IMG/VR virus record: IMGVR_UViG_3300046171_000314
Span: 1 to 64,000 of that record
DNA from: a virus
Length of the DNA: 64,000 nucleotides
Strand: one strand, 5' to 3'
Shown here: piece after piece, positions 9,297 to 18,767 of the stretch
Layout of the letters: each line of letters opens with the position of its first letter
How positions within the stretch are numbered: position 1 is the first letter of the stretch
Position numbers and translations under genes: made by a program
The notes under the pieces: generated by a model
Database searches by the model: none
The model's input: only the letters and a program-made list of their open reading frames with translations
What the model was told of the DNA's origin: nothing

Positions 9297-9605
9297 ATGC
9301 CTAGACGCAGAAAAAAGACAACACGATATGATTGGTCAAACGATCCTGATTGCACTCAAATCCGATCCTCAAATATGCCAACCACCTCCCCTGAGGAAAT
9401 GGCTGAGATGATTGCCAAAGAGAAAGCCGAACTCAAAGCAGAAGCCAAGAGATGGAAAGCAGAAGCGAAGGCGGCTAGAGCCAAAGAAGACGCTGACTTC
9501 AATGCTTGGCTGAAACAAAACCCCAACAAGACAAGATATGATTGGGAAGTGTCGATAGCCAAGTCACGAAAAAGTGGAATTGGATGGTGCGGCTTTGGTC
9601 GGTAG
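9297..9605 (+). CDS. hypothetical protein
   Basis: AAGGAG RBS; coiled-coil-like core. Confidence 0.55.
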   Translation: MPRRRKKTTRYDWSNDPDCTQIRSSNMPTTSPEEMAEMIAKEKAELKAEAKRWKAEAKAARAKEDADFNAWLKQNPNKTRYDWEVSIAKSRKSGIGWCGFGR

Positions 9606-9671
9606 CCCACCCCCTATATAGTCCCCCTGTAACAAGGGGGGCTATTGCTCCAAGGAGGGTATGGTGTTCGT

Positions 9672-10580
9672 ATGAATGAACTGCACCTACATATCGATGG
9701 ATCTCTCAGGCTCTCTACTCTCAAAGAATGGTGTCCGAATGTTCCTGATGACTTTGGCTTCAAGATCGGAATGAACCTACAGGATTGCCTTGCCTGTTTT
9801 GCTACCACTGTGGGAGCACTCAACTCCCCAAAGAGATTGGCGAGAGTTGTTCAAGAGATTTGCCAAGACCAAAGAGCACTAGGAATAGACAAAACAGAAC
9901 TAAGGTTCGCACCGCACATTCATCGTGCATCCGCATCCGAAATGATTGCTGCGGCTTCTGAAAATCTCGAAGAGGGTTTCACATTGGTTTTGTGCGGGCT
10001 GTTTGGAGATTCCCCTGATGTACTTTCGGAACTTATTGAACTTTCAAAGAAGTATCCCAACGTAGTCGGGATTGATCTAGCAGGTGCTCCCTCGAAAGTT
10101 CATAAGTTCAAACTAAAAGACTACCAAGATGTGTTCAGGATGGCAAAATCCTACGGCTTCAAAACAACTGCCCATCTTGGAGAAGGAAGACCTCCATCTG
10201 AAATCATCGATGCCCTGCATCTTCTGAACCTGAATCGAATAGGACACGGATGTTCCCTGCTAGAAGACAACAGAGCAAAGGAACTTATCATTGAAAAGCA
10301 TATCGTAGTGGAAGCCTGTCCGACATCGAATATTCACGTGGGTGTTTATCAGAACATCAAAGAACACCCCATCAAAGAATGGATAAGAGAAGGAGTTCTA
10401 GTGACAGTATGCTCAGACAACACATTGATGAGTCGCACGAACACAATAAGAGAACTCGAACTGTTGGATCTGACAGAGCAGGAACGTACTTGGATAGAAC
10501 ATTCTTCGCAGGTGGGACTCTTCCCCCTAAGGACAAAAGATTCCGAACCCACCCCAAAAGGAAAAAAACCGCTCCATTAA
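9672..10580 (+). CDS. add: adenosine/adenine deaminase (amidohydrolase fold)
   Basis: ELHLHIDGS, ELRFAP, GIDLAG, AHLGE, RIGHG, EACPTSN and SDN motifs in the expected order. Confidence 0.85.
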   Translation: MNELHLHIDGSLRLSTLKEWCPNVPDDFGFKIGMNLQDCLACFATTVGALNSPKRLARVVQEICQDQRALGIDKTELRFAPHIHRASASEMIAAASENLEEGFTLVLCGLFGDSPDVLSELIELSKKYPNVVGIDLAGAPSKVHKFKLKDYQDVFRMAKSYGFKTTAHLGEGRPPSEIIDALHLLNLNRIGHGCSLLEDNRAKELIIEKHIVVEACPTSNIHVGVYQNIKEHPIKEWIREGVLVTVCSDNTLMSRTNTIRELELLDLTEQERTWIEHSSQVGLFPLRTKDSEPTPKGKKPLH

Positions 10581-10868
10581 CTCTTAGAAAAATTCGCACA
10601 ACCCGAAATTTTCGAATTGAAAACGCATTGATTTTCTCAACCTTTTACTTTTTTCCCCTTTTTATCCCTCCCTTAAAGATGGGTATTTCTTCTATACACA
10701 GAGCAAAGCAAAGGAGGGTTGTATCCTCAGAGAGAACAAAGAGATAGTGTCCTCAATTTGACCCCCCTTGTTATATATGAGGTTTTTCAAAACGGAATTG
10801 CGAATTAGTGAATTGTGAAATTGTTTTTGTAATTTTTTTTCGGAGGTTTGATTTTAACCCCCCTTTGG

Positions 10869-10881
10869 TATTCTGTTTATA
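10869..10881 (+). promoter_or_regulatory. class C (probably late) promoter motif
   Basis: TATT-CTGTT-TATA 25 nt before the ATG. Confidence 0.6.
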
Positions 10882-10906
10882 TTTCATTGATGGCAGGAGG
10901 AATGCA

Positions 10907-11488
10907 ATGACGTACACTGATAAAATATTAGGCTTGATAGAAACAAAGGACTTGTTTAATGTCGAGCAAGCCTTTGCACTTGCGACAACTCTTTTGGAGA
11001 GTGGGGACATTTCAAAAGTTGATTTCAAGTTAATAAAGGGCGTTACAGAGTCCACCCTTAGGGACATAGAAGAGTCTTTGATATCAGAAGAAGAACGTAT
11101 GACTCTCAATTTGCAGTTCACTTTCAATGACCCTAATCACCAAGTAGATATATATGTACCTGCGTGGGTTATGTTGAATCTCACTCTGAAAGACCTTGAG
11201 GTGTCTGTCTTTCAGAAAAAGGGTATGCGATACGAGGTGTACGGTCTTGGGTATTCCTCACCGAAAAAATCATCGTTGAGCAGTAAAGATGTTCGCACAA
11301 TAGAGAAAAACAGAGGTTGGAAAAAAGCAACTCGAACTATTTCTCACGATAGAAATCTCAGCAAAAAAGCAGATGCCGCTGTCGTAGATATTATCCGAGA
11401 CTTAGAGAAAGTCCTTTCAAAGGACATGCAGATTATCGGCAAGAGAATATTAGAACAATACAGAACAGACCCCAAATGGTGGAAATAG
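10907..11488 (+). CDS. hypothetical protein with N-terminal QA-helix tag
   Basis: DKILGLIETKDLFNVEQAFALATTL; AGGAGG RBS. Confidence 0.7.
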   Translation: MTYTDKILGLIETKDLFNVEQAFALATTLLESGDISKVDFKLIKGVTESTLRDIEESLISEEERMTLNLQFTFNDPNHQVDIYVPAWVMLNLTLKDLEVSVFQKKGMRYEVYGLGYSSPKKSSLSSKDVRTIEKNRGWKKATRTISHDRNLSKKADAAVVDIIRDLEKVLSKDMQIIGKRILEQYRTDPKWWK

Positions 11489-11497
11489 GAGTAACTG

Positions 11498-12184
11498 ATG
11501 AAAAAAGCAAATACAGGTTGGACTTATGTTTCAACGGTTGAGTACGAGTTAATGACAGGAGCGGATGGGGCACACATTCACCGCAGACCGAAAGATGGTT
11601 CTCCTTATATACATCAAAAAGACATTGAGAGATACACCGAAAGCGACACGCTGTCTTGGCGAGACTACATTATGGACACTCCTGAATGGGATGAAGCCAT
11701 CCTAGATATAGAGAACTCTTATGACACAAGTGACAATGAGTATGATCTTAGGGTGAAGCGAATTATCTCTGTAACTGAGAGTGATTCCTATTACGATATG
11801 GAAGTTAGTGATAAAATGGCTGTATATAAGGCGAACTTATCTCCCCAAGAGCGGAAAAATTTGGAGAAAGTCGTAAGGTCTTTCGATGCAAGAAAAAGTC
11901 TTAAAGATTTGAAAGACACCTATAACAACTCCACTAAAAAACAAGCCGATGCGATACGGAGTTTGTTGGAAAGCCATACGGTTAGCGGAATCAACCAAGC
12001 CATCTCTCTCGCAGAGGCTCTTGAAGATAAGAAGATCAATGATATGATCAGGGATTTCTTATTAAAAAGTAGCGGTGACATAAACGAGGGCATTGTGGAT
12101 ATGACCGTTGAGATAGTGGTTGAGTGGGAGTTCGTGGTTCTTGGTCGTCTTATACCTTACGGAGAAGATTCCGAAGAATATTAA
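11498..12184 (+). CDS. hypothetical protein with C-terminal QA-helix tag
   Basis: KKQADAIRSLLESHTVSGINQAISLAEAL. Confidence 0.7.
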   Translation: MKKANTGWTYVSTVEYELMTGADGAHIHRRPKDGSPYIHQKDIERYTESDTLSWRDYIMDTPEWDEAILDIENSYDTSDNEYDLRVKRIISVTESDSYYDMEVSDKMAVYKANLSPQERKNLEKVVRSFDARKSLKDLKDTYNNSTKKQADAIRSLLESHTVSGINQAISLAEALEDKKINDMIRDFLLKSSGDINEGIVDMTVEIVVEWEFVVLGRLIPYGEDSEEY

Positions 12185-12199
12185 AGTGTCCGTAGGGTC

Positions 12200-12226
12200 T
12201 AACGTAAAATTTTGGCAATCGTATAG
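12200..12226 (+). promoter_or_regulatory. class A phage promoter motif
   Basis: TAACGTAA-N11-TCGTATAG. Confidence 0.8.
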
Positions 12227-12289
12227 GAAGTGTTGGAGAGGGGTGTCACCCTTTTCAATCCTTTAACCCTATTTCTTACGGAGGTCATT

Positions 12290-12514
12290 ATGAGGGTATA
12301 TATGGACTTAGACATGGTTATGGCATTGGAATTAACTTATTACGGAAAGGTCGGAGATGAAAGAGTCACTCTGACACCAAACGAACTGATAGAGTTGAGA
12401 GGTCCTTGGAAGGGATATGATGTCCGCCACATGGACTATTTCAGAATGGTCGGAATGGACACACCAATACTGTTATTGAACACAGGATTGGGATGGTTTG
12501 AAGCCCGAACTTAA
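12290..12514 (+). CDS. hypothetical protein
   Basis: GGAGGT RBS before ATG 12290. Confidence 0.6.
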   Translation: MRVYMDLDMVMALELTYYGKVGDERVTLTPNELIELRGPWKGYDVRHMDYFRMVGMDTPILLLNTGLGWFEART

Positions 12515-12613
12515 TTTTTCACATTTTCACACACCCTGTCTTTGGGTTTCGGTAACGGAACTTGAAGGCAGGGATTTTTTTTACATCCCCTTTAGACATT
12601 CAAGGAGTCTACT

Positions 12614-14338
12614 ATGTCAAACAAAACCCTAATGGATATTTTCAACGAAGCGGAAACCCACAGACTTATGCAAGTGAAGATCCGACCTTCGGTTATCTTC
12701 GAGCAATTGGAACTCATACCTATTTCAAGATTACACCCTGTTCACCTTAGTCGAGCAGAAGCCCAATGGTTAGCCGAGAACCTTTCTGAATATGGTGCAA
12801 GCATCATTATTCCTGTATTGGTGGCTCTTCGGTCAGGCTTGCTTGATCCAAGAATGACCGCCCTCACAGAGGCACAGTTTGAGATAGTGTTTGCTAGAAT
12901 CAAACACTTTTTAGACAACTCTCCCTCCGCAATAAAGGCATTTAATAGTTGTTATTCTGATGTTATGGACTCTTTGATATACTCCCTTCCTTTGGAAGAT
13001 AAGATAGAAGAGATTAAACAGGGTGCTCATTCCTATGTCAAAATGGCTTTGAGCAAGGACTTTCTTAAATTGGCTCGGCAGTATTCAGGCAAAGAGATTG
13101 CTCGTGTTCGTAGGGCTTTGGCTATTCACCAAACAAGTGTTGGACACAGAGACTTCGCTCAAGACCACTTTTGGATGAACCTTGCCAATCAAAATAATCA
13201 CGATATGCTCAATCCTGAGTCGATGGCAACTGCCCTGACTATTTGTCGATGGATGGAAAAGGGACAGAAGACCTATCTATTAGATGATGATCTCTTTGAG
13301 AAGATTGAAATCCAAAGACCTCCCGACAATAATACGGATATTGATAAGCACGATAGAATCGAAGAACTGTACAACAAGCATGTTGAGTTGGTTCGGAAAG
13401 TTAGTGGGGGTTATGATGAAGTGACTCTCAGTAATGCTCAAGCGGTCTATATAGATCCTGACAAGTTCGACAAGTTGAAAGAGGACAGCCCTGAGATGGT
13501 GCGTTTGCGAGAGAGCAAGAAGGCAGTACAACAGGCGGTAATGGATTACATTTCTTTGGACTCTTTCAAAATCGAACTGCCTGAGGCTCTGAAAGACGAT
13601 TCCTTTGATCCCATTCTTGTGATCACTCCCGACCACACGATGACCTTCATTGCCTCCCTTGAGGTGAAAAAGAGAATCCCCTACAACCCCTCTCAGTTGT
13701 GGAAGATGGGAGGAACGTTCCAAAGGAACATCTTTTACCAAGAGATGTTGCGACAAAAATATGGTGATTGTCTGATTCAAAAAGGATGGATAGCCCTAAC
13801 AATGGATGACTCTCGTGTTCCAAGAATTGATCGATTTGCTCACTTTCAAATGAACCGAGAACGTTGCAGTGCCACAATGCACGTGGGTTTGTCTCAAGCC
13901 CTCACTGCTTTGAACTTGGTGACCTGTTTGCAAAATCCAAAGACAGTGGCGGTATGGAAAGACCGACCAAAGAATAGAAAGAAGAACAAAAAGAAGAGGT
14001 TCACTACAGTGGCGGACAAACCTCGTTTTCATTCTATTCAGGTCGATCCTACTTTCTTGGAAGAGATTAAGCCTCTAGTAATCAACCCCTCTAATAGTAG
14101 CGGTGGCGAAAAGTGCCAACACGAACGTTCTGCAACCACTGCTAATATTTGGGTGACACGAAAGAACTTGAAGCACGGTGAGACAATTCTTGGAACGAGA
14201 ACCAACCATGCAGGAAACCAAGTATTCCGAGTCACTCGACCACGAGCAGGGGCAACGGTCAATCCACACCTTGCTCGTAAAGAAAGAAAGCCCTTCTCAA
14301 TTACAAGGGTTAAATCTACCACCATTGATAGGGTGTAA
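12614..14338 (+). CDS. large hypothetical protein
   Basis: 574 aa ORF, AAGGAG RBS, basic patch KNRKKNKKKR. Confidence 0.75.
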   Translation: MSNKTLMDIFNEAETHRLMQVKIRPSVIFEQLELIPISRLHPVHLSRAEAQWLAENLSEYGASIIIPVLVALRSGLLDPRMTALTEAQFEIVFARIKHFLDNSPSAIKAFNSCYSDVMDSLIYSLPLEDKIEEIKQGAHSYVKMALSKDFLKLARQYSGKEIARVRRALAIHQTSVGHRDFAQDHFWMNLANQNNHDMLNPESMATALTICRWMEKGQKTYLLDDDLFEKIEIQRPPDNNTDIDKHDRIEELYNKHVELVRKVSGGYDEVTLSNAQAVYIDPDKFDKLKEDSPEMVRLRESKKAVQQAVMDYISLDSFKIELPEALKDDSFDPILVITPDHTMTFIASLEVKKRIPYNPSQLWKMGGTFQRNIFYQEMLRQKYGDCLIQKGWIALTMDDSRVPRIDRFAHFQMNRERCSATMHVGLSQALTALNLVTCLQNPKTVAVWKDRPKNRKKNKKKRFTTVADKPRFHSIQVDPTFLEEIKPLVINPSNSSGGEKCQHERSATTANIWVTRKNLKHGETILGTRTNHAGNQVFRVTRPRAGATVNPHLARKERKPFSITRVKSTTIDRV

Positions 14339-14362
14339 CGTAAATTTTTGACAATCGTATAT
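14336..14362 (+). promoter_or_regulatory. class A phage promoter motif
   Basis: TAACGTAA-N11-TCGTATAT. Confidence 0.75.
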
Positions 14363-14425
14363 GAATTGTTGGGGGGGTTGCTATTCCCCCTCAGCATTAT
14401 TCTCAAAAACACTTGGAGGTGTTCT

Positions 14426-15076
14426 ATGTTCGATAAACTAGCAAAAGCAGACAAAGTAATGATTGTGACAACCAAAAAAGGTAAGGTCACAGGTCGTGGT
14501 CAAGACAAGAAACGCAGAGGTGCTGATAAGGTTGCCGCTGTTGTTCGCATTGGTGTTGATTACATTGACCTTGTAAAAGATAGTAAGGCTCTTTGTGAAG
14601 CCCCTAACTTTATCAATGAGGTCTTTGAAAAGGTCGAAGCCAAAGGTGTAACATTCGGAAAGAATGGTGATAAGCCAACCCTTGAAGATGTTGCTCTTGC
14701 GGTGGCTCAAACAATCGCAAGTTTTGATCGCACTCTCAACCCTGACCCAACGGTACAGCCAACTCGTGTCAATCCCTACAAGCCTTTGGTTTGGGATGGC
14801 GAAACTGTTCGTGGTATCAAGGTCTATGATGGTACAGGTGAAGGTGGTGTTGGCGATATGCACATCTATGGACTCATTGAGGACAAGAAAGTGCTAGAGG
14901 CGGATGAACCTATTCCTGCAAGTGTTCCTCGAAAGGGAACTACTGCGGTCAAACCAATCATCCGACGAATGTTGCCGATTGCCAAATGGGTGCAATACAC
15001 ACTTGTGGCAGGCACTGAGTATCGCCTTGTGGCAACGGATGTTGATACAGAGTTTCATGCTTTGAAGGGGGTGTGA
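14426..15076 (+). CDS. hypothetical protein
   Basis: GGAGGT RBS before ATG 14426. Confidence 0.7.
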   Translation: MFDKLAKADKVMIVTTKKGKVTGRGQDKKRRGADKVAAVVRIGVDYIDLVKDSKALCEAPNFINEVFEKVEAKGVTFGKNGDKPTLEDVALAVAQTIASFDRTLNPDPTVQPTRVNPYKPLVWDGETVRGIKVYDGTGEGGVGDMHIYGLIEDKKVLEADEPIPASVPRKGTTAVKPIIRRMLPIAKWVQYTLVAGTEYRLVATDVDTEFHALKGV

Positions 15077-15077
15077 T

Positions 15078-15347
15078 ATGTCTGAAGAATATGAAAGAAT
15101 GTTCTTAGAGCAAATATCTAATCCTGTTACTTTCAGATTTCTTGAAAGTACTTTTGGGTGGGAAAACACTTGTACTTGGCTTGCCAAATATAGCAAGTCA
15201 GGCGGTGTTTTCCCACTCGACCCAACCAAAGCACAGGCTTGGTTGATCAAGGCTTGGGATCAGGTTGAACTGCCTGCAAAGGCAAGGTTCTATCCGAACA
15301 TTGAAATGTGGCGAAACATTAAGTGGCAAAAAGTCCACAGACCGTAA
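15078..15347 (+). CDS. hypothetical protein
   Basis: directly follows the upstream ORF. Confidence 0.55.
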   Translation: MSEEYERMFLEQISNPVTFRFLESTFGWENTCTWLAKYSKSGGVFPLDPTKAQAWLIKAWDQVELPAKARFYPNIEMWRNIKWQKVHRP

Positions 15348-15421
15348 TCTATAAAAATCTTATAAAAGGCAAACAAAAATGTTTGCCTTTTCTGTATCAC
15401 ACAACCTATGGAGAGTTGATT

Positions 15422-15793
15422 ATGAAAACTAAGAAAAGAACTAATAAAGCAAAACCTCTGTCTTTAAGGCAACGGATTAATAAAGCCATTCGGAATCTCT
15501 ATCCCTCCAAACATTACTGCATTGAGTTTCAATATGGAGTTATTGGAGGTGTTCGTCAGCACCAAGATTGGGATAAACAGGGATTGTGGACATGGACAGG
15601 TCACTTTCAAGATTGGAGAGGAGGCTTGGGCTTTGGTCGGCTCAAAGATGGCGACAAATTTTGCCTCCAAATCAATCGCAGATACTATGAGTCTGAACGG
15701 CTTTGGGGTTGGGAGGCAGGAAACTCTCTTGAAGATCATCTCTATGTCACCATTGAGAATGGTGATTTCAAACTCAACGGGGTAGGCGAATGA
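15422..15793 (+). CDS. hypothetical protein
   Basis: GGAG RBS before ATG 15422. Confidence 0.6.
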   Translation: MKTKKRTNKAKPLSLRQRINKAIRNLYPSKHYCIEFQYGVIGGVRQHQDWDKQGLWTWTGHFQDWRGGLGFGRLKDGDKFCLQINRRYYESERLWGWEAGNSLEDHLYVTIENGDFKLNGVGE

Positions 15794-15875
15794 AAGTAAA
15801 AGCAACGGTTCTAATCACCTTTGGAATAAATAGGAGCATATTATGACACACACTACACACACTACAGGAGATACT

Positions 15876-16484
15876 ATGGATATCAAACTTGCCCCCTACA
15901 CCTCTGCCACCTTTTCTTGGTCGGCTTACAACGACAATTGTATTGGTTCTAAGGTCGTCATCGCCAATGATAAACATTGGCACATTCGAGAGTTCGAGTT
16001 AGCACTGCAAAAAGCGATTGCTACACACGACCCAAAAGACGATTGGTCAGAGGGACAACTCCAAGTGGTATTTCCCAAAGAACACCTCAACCTTCTCTCT
16101 TGCGGTGTCGGTGAGCGAACCGACAATCCTGATGACTATGTGGTTCGTGTTCATAGAGGACAGGTATCTCTCTTTCTCAAACGAGAGAAAGCACTTCCTT
16201 GCGAGTCTGCCAAAGTGATTGTCTATACGAAAGCCGCTCTTCTGAAAGACCCACAACTTGCAGAGGAAGACCGCACTCGAATTGAGGAGTCAGAGGTTAC
16301 TCATTATATGGTGGCTCTTTTAGCGAACGCAGAGGGAGTTCCTGATTCTCGTTCCCCATACAGACTTGTGGATTGTTTGGCGGGAGGCAACAACGATGCA
16401 GAGAAATGGACACTTGAGGACATTAAGCGTCTTGCCAAAGACGCAAGAGATTACGCAGACAAGTGGGAAGTAGTCGCTGACTAA
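15876..16484 (+). CDS. hypothetical protein
   Basis: AGGAG RBS preceded by ACACAC repeats. Confidence 0.7.
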   Translation: MDIKLAPYTSATFSWSAYNDNCIGSKVVIANDKHWHIREFELALQKAIATHDPKDDWSEGQLQVVFPKEHLNLLSCGVGERTDNPDDYVVRVHRGQVSLFLKREKALPCESAKVIVYTKAALLKDPQLAEEDRTRIEESEVTHYMVALLANAEGVPDSRSPYRLVDCLAGGNNDAEKWTLEDIKRLAKDARDYADKWEVVAD

Positions 16485-16502
16485 TCCCTATCTTTTACCA
16501 TT

Positions 16503-16565
16503 GAGAGCAGGAGGGCTGAGATACAGAACCTGATGGTTCTCTCAGCCCTCCTGCTCTCTTTTTTC
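16503..16565 (+). terminator. long hairpin / terminator
   Basis: GAGAGCAGGAGGGCTGAGA ... TCTCAGCCCTCCTGCTCTC followed by a T-run. Confidence 0.7.
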
Positions 16566-16584
16566 ATTTAACTCGGAGATACTT

Positions 16585-17088
16585 ATGACTACTTACAACC
16601 CACACAGAATCAAGGTCAAAGACCTAGTTCGCAGGAAGAAAGACCTGTACCCTAACCCTCTTCACAACTATGGGATAGTGAAAGAGAAAATGATATCAGG
16701 AAAAGACCCTGCACCTTGCATTGAAATGGTGAATCCCTACGCACGCCACTCCACCCACACAAAGGACATACTCGGAGAGTGTTATGTTCAAACAATTCTG
16801 AGAGCAGGGCAAACCATTTCTTGGGATGACAAGGGTTGTGGTGTCGTGTTCGATATCATTATTGAGTTCGCTGATATCAAAGTGAAAGCCTTCGGTGAGT
16901 GGGGTTCTCTTCAAGAGATTTCCATCAAGGAGATAGTTCCCTTTGAACTTGAGATACAGTTTGGTGGAGATGAAATCCTGAACATTGATTGGCATTGGCG
17001 AGGATTAGAGTTTCGAAGTGCCGATAAATTAGAATCTCTTGACTACAGACACTATACCAACTCGCACCCTATTCATAGTGACGATTAA
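16585..17088 (+). CDS. hypothetical protein
   Basis: GGAG RBS; 167 aa. Confidence 0.6.
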   Translation: MTTYNPHRIKVKDLVRRKKDLYPNPLHNYGIVKEKMISGKDPAPCIEMVNPYARHSTHTKDILGECYVQTILRAGQTISWDDKGCGVVFDIIIEFADIKVKAFGEWGSLQEISIKEIVPFELEIQFGGDEILNIDWHWRGLEFRSADKLESLDYRHYTNSHPIHSDD

Positions 17089-17118
17089 AAAAGACCCCTT
17101 CACTTGGAGGGGTCTTTT
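17089..17118 (+). terminator. bidirectional intrinsic terminator
   Basis: AAAAGACCCCT...AGGGGTCTTTT. Confidence 0.7.
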
Positions 17119-17137
17119 GCTCCAAGGAACACTTGGG

Positions 17138-17150
17138 TAATTTGTTTATA
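17138..17150 (+). promoter_or_regulatory. class C promoter motif
   Basis: TAAT-TTGTT-TATA. Confidence 0.65.
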
Positions 17151-17181
17151 TTCAAATTAGAGTGTAAATGAGGTGTCCTCT

Positions 17182-17634
17182 ATGAAAAAAATGATTCAGC
17201 GTGTAGCAAGCAGATACTTGTCTAGCAGTAAGAACCAAAAACGATATCAGAAGGGTGTTGTCGATCAGATGGCGTGGAAAAGGTTCGACCAAAGCCCTCT
17301 TAAAGACTCCGATGAAAAGATGTATGTGGTGTTCGGAAAAGTCTATTCAGACGTTTCACGAGATTCTATGATGAAGGGTAGCAATATGACAACAGAGGTT
17401 GTACCTCGTCTAACTGCTTACCTAGAACTGCCTCAGGTAAAACAAGAGTTCACGAAGCACAAAAGGAGCGGTACTTGGTCTGCTAGTAATGATGGGTCTG
17501 TGTTGTTTCAACAGCACTCACAGGGTCTTGAGTTCAGAGGTGGCTACTCCTACACTTATAAATTTACAGTAGATGGCAAACCCATCAACGAAGCACTTGC
17601 CAAGCAAGTTGTTAAGTGGGCTGAGAAACTTTAG
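17182..17634 (+). CDS. hypothetical protein with N-terminal RVA tag
   Basis: MKKMIQRVASRYL; GAGGTG RBS. Confidence 0.7.
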   Translation: MKKMIQRVASRYLSSSKNQKRYQKGVVDQMAWKRFDQSPLKDSDEKMYVVFGKVYSDVSRDSMMKGSNMTTEVVPRLTAYLELPQVKQEFTKHKRSGTWSASNDGSVLFQQHSQGLEFRGGYSYTYKFTVDGKPINEALAKQVVKWAEKL

Positions 17635-17643
17635 GAGGTATCA

Positions 17644-18171
17644 ATGAAAGACAAACTCATTACATTACTCAATAAGGATAAAGCCCATTCTGTTCAGGCG
17701 ATGGAACTCAATAAGACTCTCGGATTACTTCAAAATAAGGAAATAGCCTCAATTCTTATGGCAAACCTGAAGCAAAGCGGTTGGGTTGTGTCGGAGATGC
17801 TCCAAAGGCTCGAAGACTTAGACGATGATTGGCATACCTTTTTACGGAAACGGAGGGGTGCTTCTTGGACTTTTGATTATGAGTCCAAAGACACAATACT
17901 TTCAGACTTTCCTTCTGTAACCCTTTATGGGGAAGTCGGAATGGGTCTTGAAGGTTCATCTTTGGAAGAGCATGGGAAAAATGTAGGCGAATTTCTTATT
18001 CTTGTAGAGAAACAAATATTGTCTTGGCTCTCAAAACGACCTTTAGTGAAGAGTGCCGACAGAACAATCTTATTAGAACCTGTATGTGATAGCGAGGGTT
18101 ATGGTTGGACTTTTTACATTGCTATAGAAATTGATTTCGATTCCCTCACACAACTTATTTTGGGGAACTAA
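17644..18171 (+). CDS. hypothetical protein with N-terminal QA-helix tag
   Basis: MKDKLITLLNKDKAHSVQAMELNKTLGLL. Confidence 0.7.
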   Translation: MKDKLITLLNKDKAHSVQAMELNKTLGLLQNKEIASILMANLKQSGWVVSEMLQRLEDLDDDWHTFLRKRRGASWTFDYESKDTILSDFPSVTLYGEVGMGLEGSSLEEHGKNVGEFLILVEKQILSWLSKRPLVKSADRTILLEPVCDSEGYGWTFYIAIEIDFDSLTQLILGN

Positions 18172-18172
18172 T

Positions 18173-18757
18173 ATGAGAAAACTATCAAAACAGGCAACAC
18201 TGCACCTGATGCTTCAGGGCTTATGGAAAGGCATTCAGGAAGCAAAAACAGACCCCAAAGTTATGAAAAAATATCCGAAGGGCTTGGGTTGGGTTGAAAA
18301 GTTTGTTGTTGACTTGGGCAAGAAAGCAAGAAACCCAAAGTTCAAACTCACCCAAAAGCAGGTTGACAAACTTAATGAATTTCTTGTCTTTGCTCGTCAT
18401 GGGTCGAACTTGAGTAAGATACTCCGAAAGCATATCGTAAAGCATTGCAAAGGAAACCAATGTGAAATACTCAGCCCCAACACTTTCCACTTCAAATTTG
18501 TTGAAGACGAGCACGACTCAGGTGCGATACTGAAGACTATGGAACAGGCGACAAAAGAATTTTATGATAGTCAAGGCAGCAGAGATCGATACAGAGACTC
18601 TAAGATGACCGCTTGGCAAGAAGACCCGAACCAATCCCTTGAAGATTTTAAGAAAGAGATATACTCGCAGTGGAGGGGGCTTCCCGGATCTGTAGAGTTC
18701 TATTACGACCCCAAAGAAAAGAAACACTTTGCGTTCGCAACATACAACACTTTTTAA
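18173..18757 (+). CDS. hypothetical mosaic protein (KLSKQA leader)
   Basis: N-half similar to 18768..19487; C-end similar to 52220..52546. Confidence 0.7.
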   Translation: MRKLSKQATLHLMLQGLWKGIQEAKTDPKVMKKYPKGLGWVEKFVVDLGKKARNPKFKLTQKQVDKLNEFLVFARHGSNLSKILRKHIVKHCKGNQCEILSPNTFHFKFVEDEHDSGAILKTMEQATKEFYDSQGSRDRYRDSKMTAWQEDPNQSLEDFKKEIYSQWRGLPGSVEFYYDPKEKKHFAFATYNTF

Positions 18758-18767
18758 TAGAGGACAT

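Noticed and set aside
992-10580. RADAR defence system (ATPase plus adenosine deaminase)
   Set aside because: The ATPase is MoxR/CobS-like with a vWA partner, it is not adjacent to the deaminase, and both are much shorter than RdrA/RdrB.
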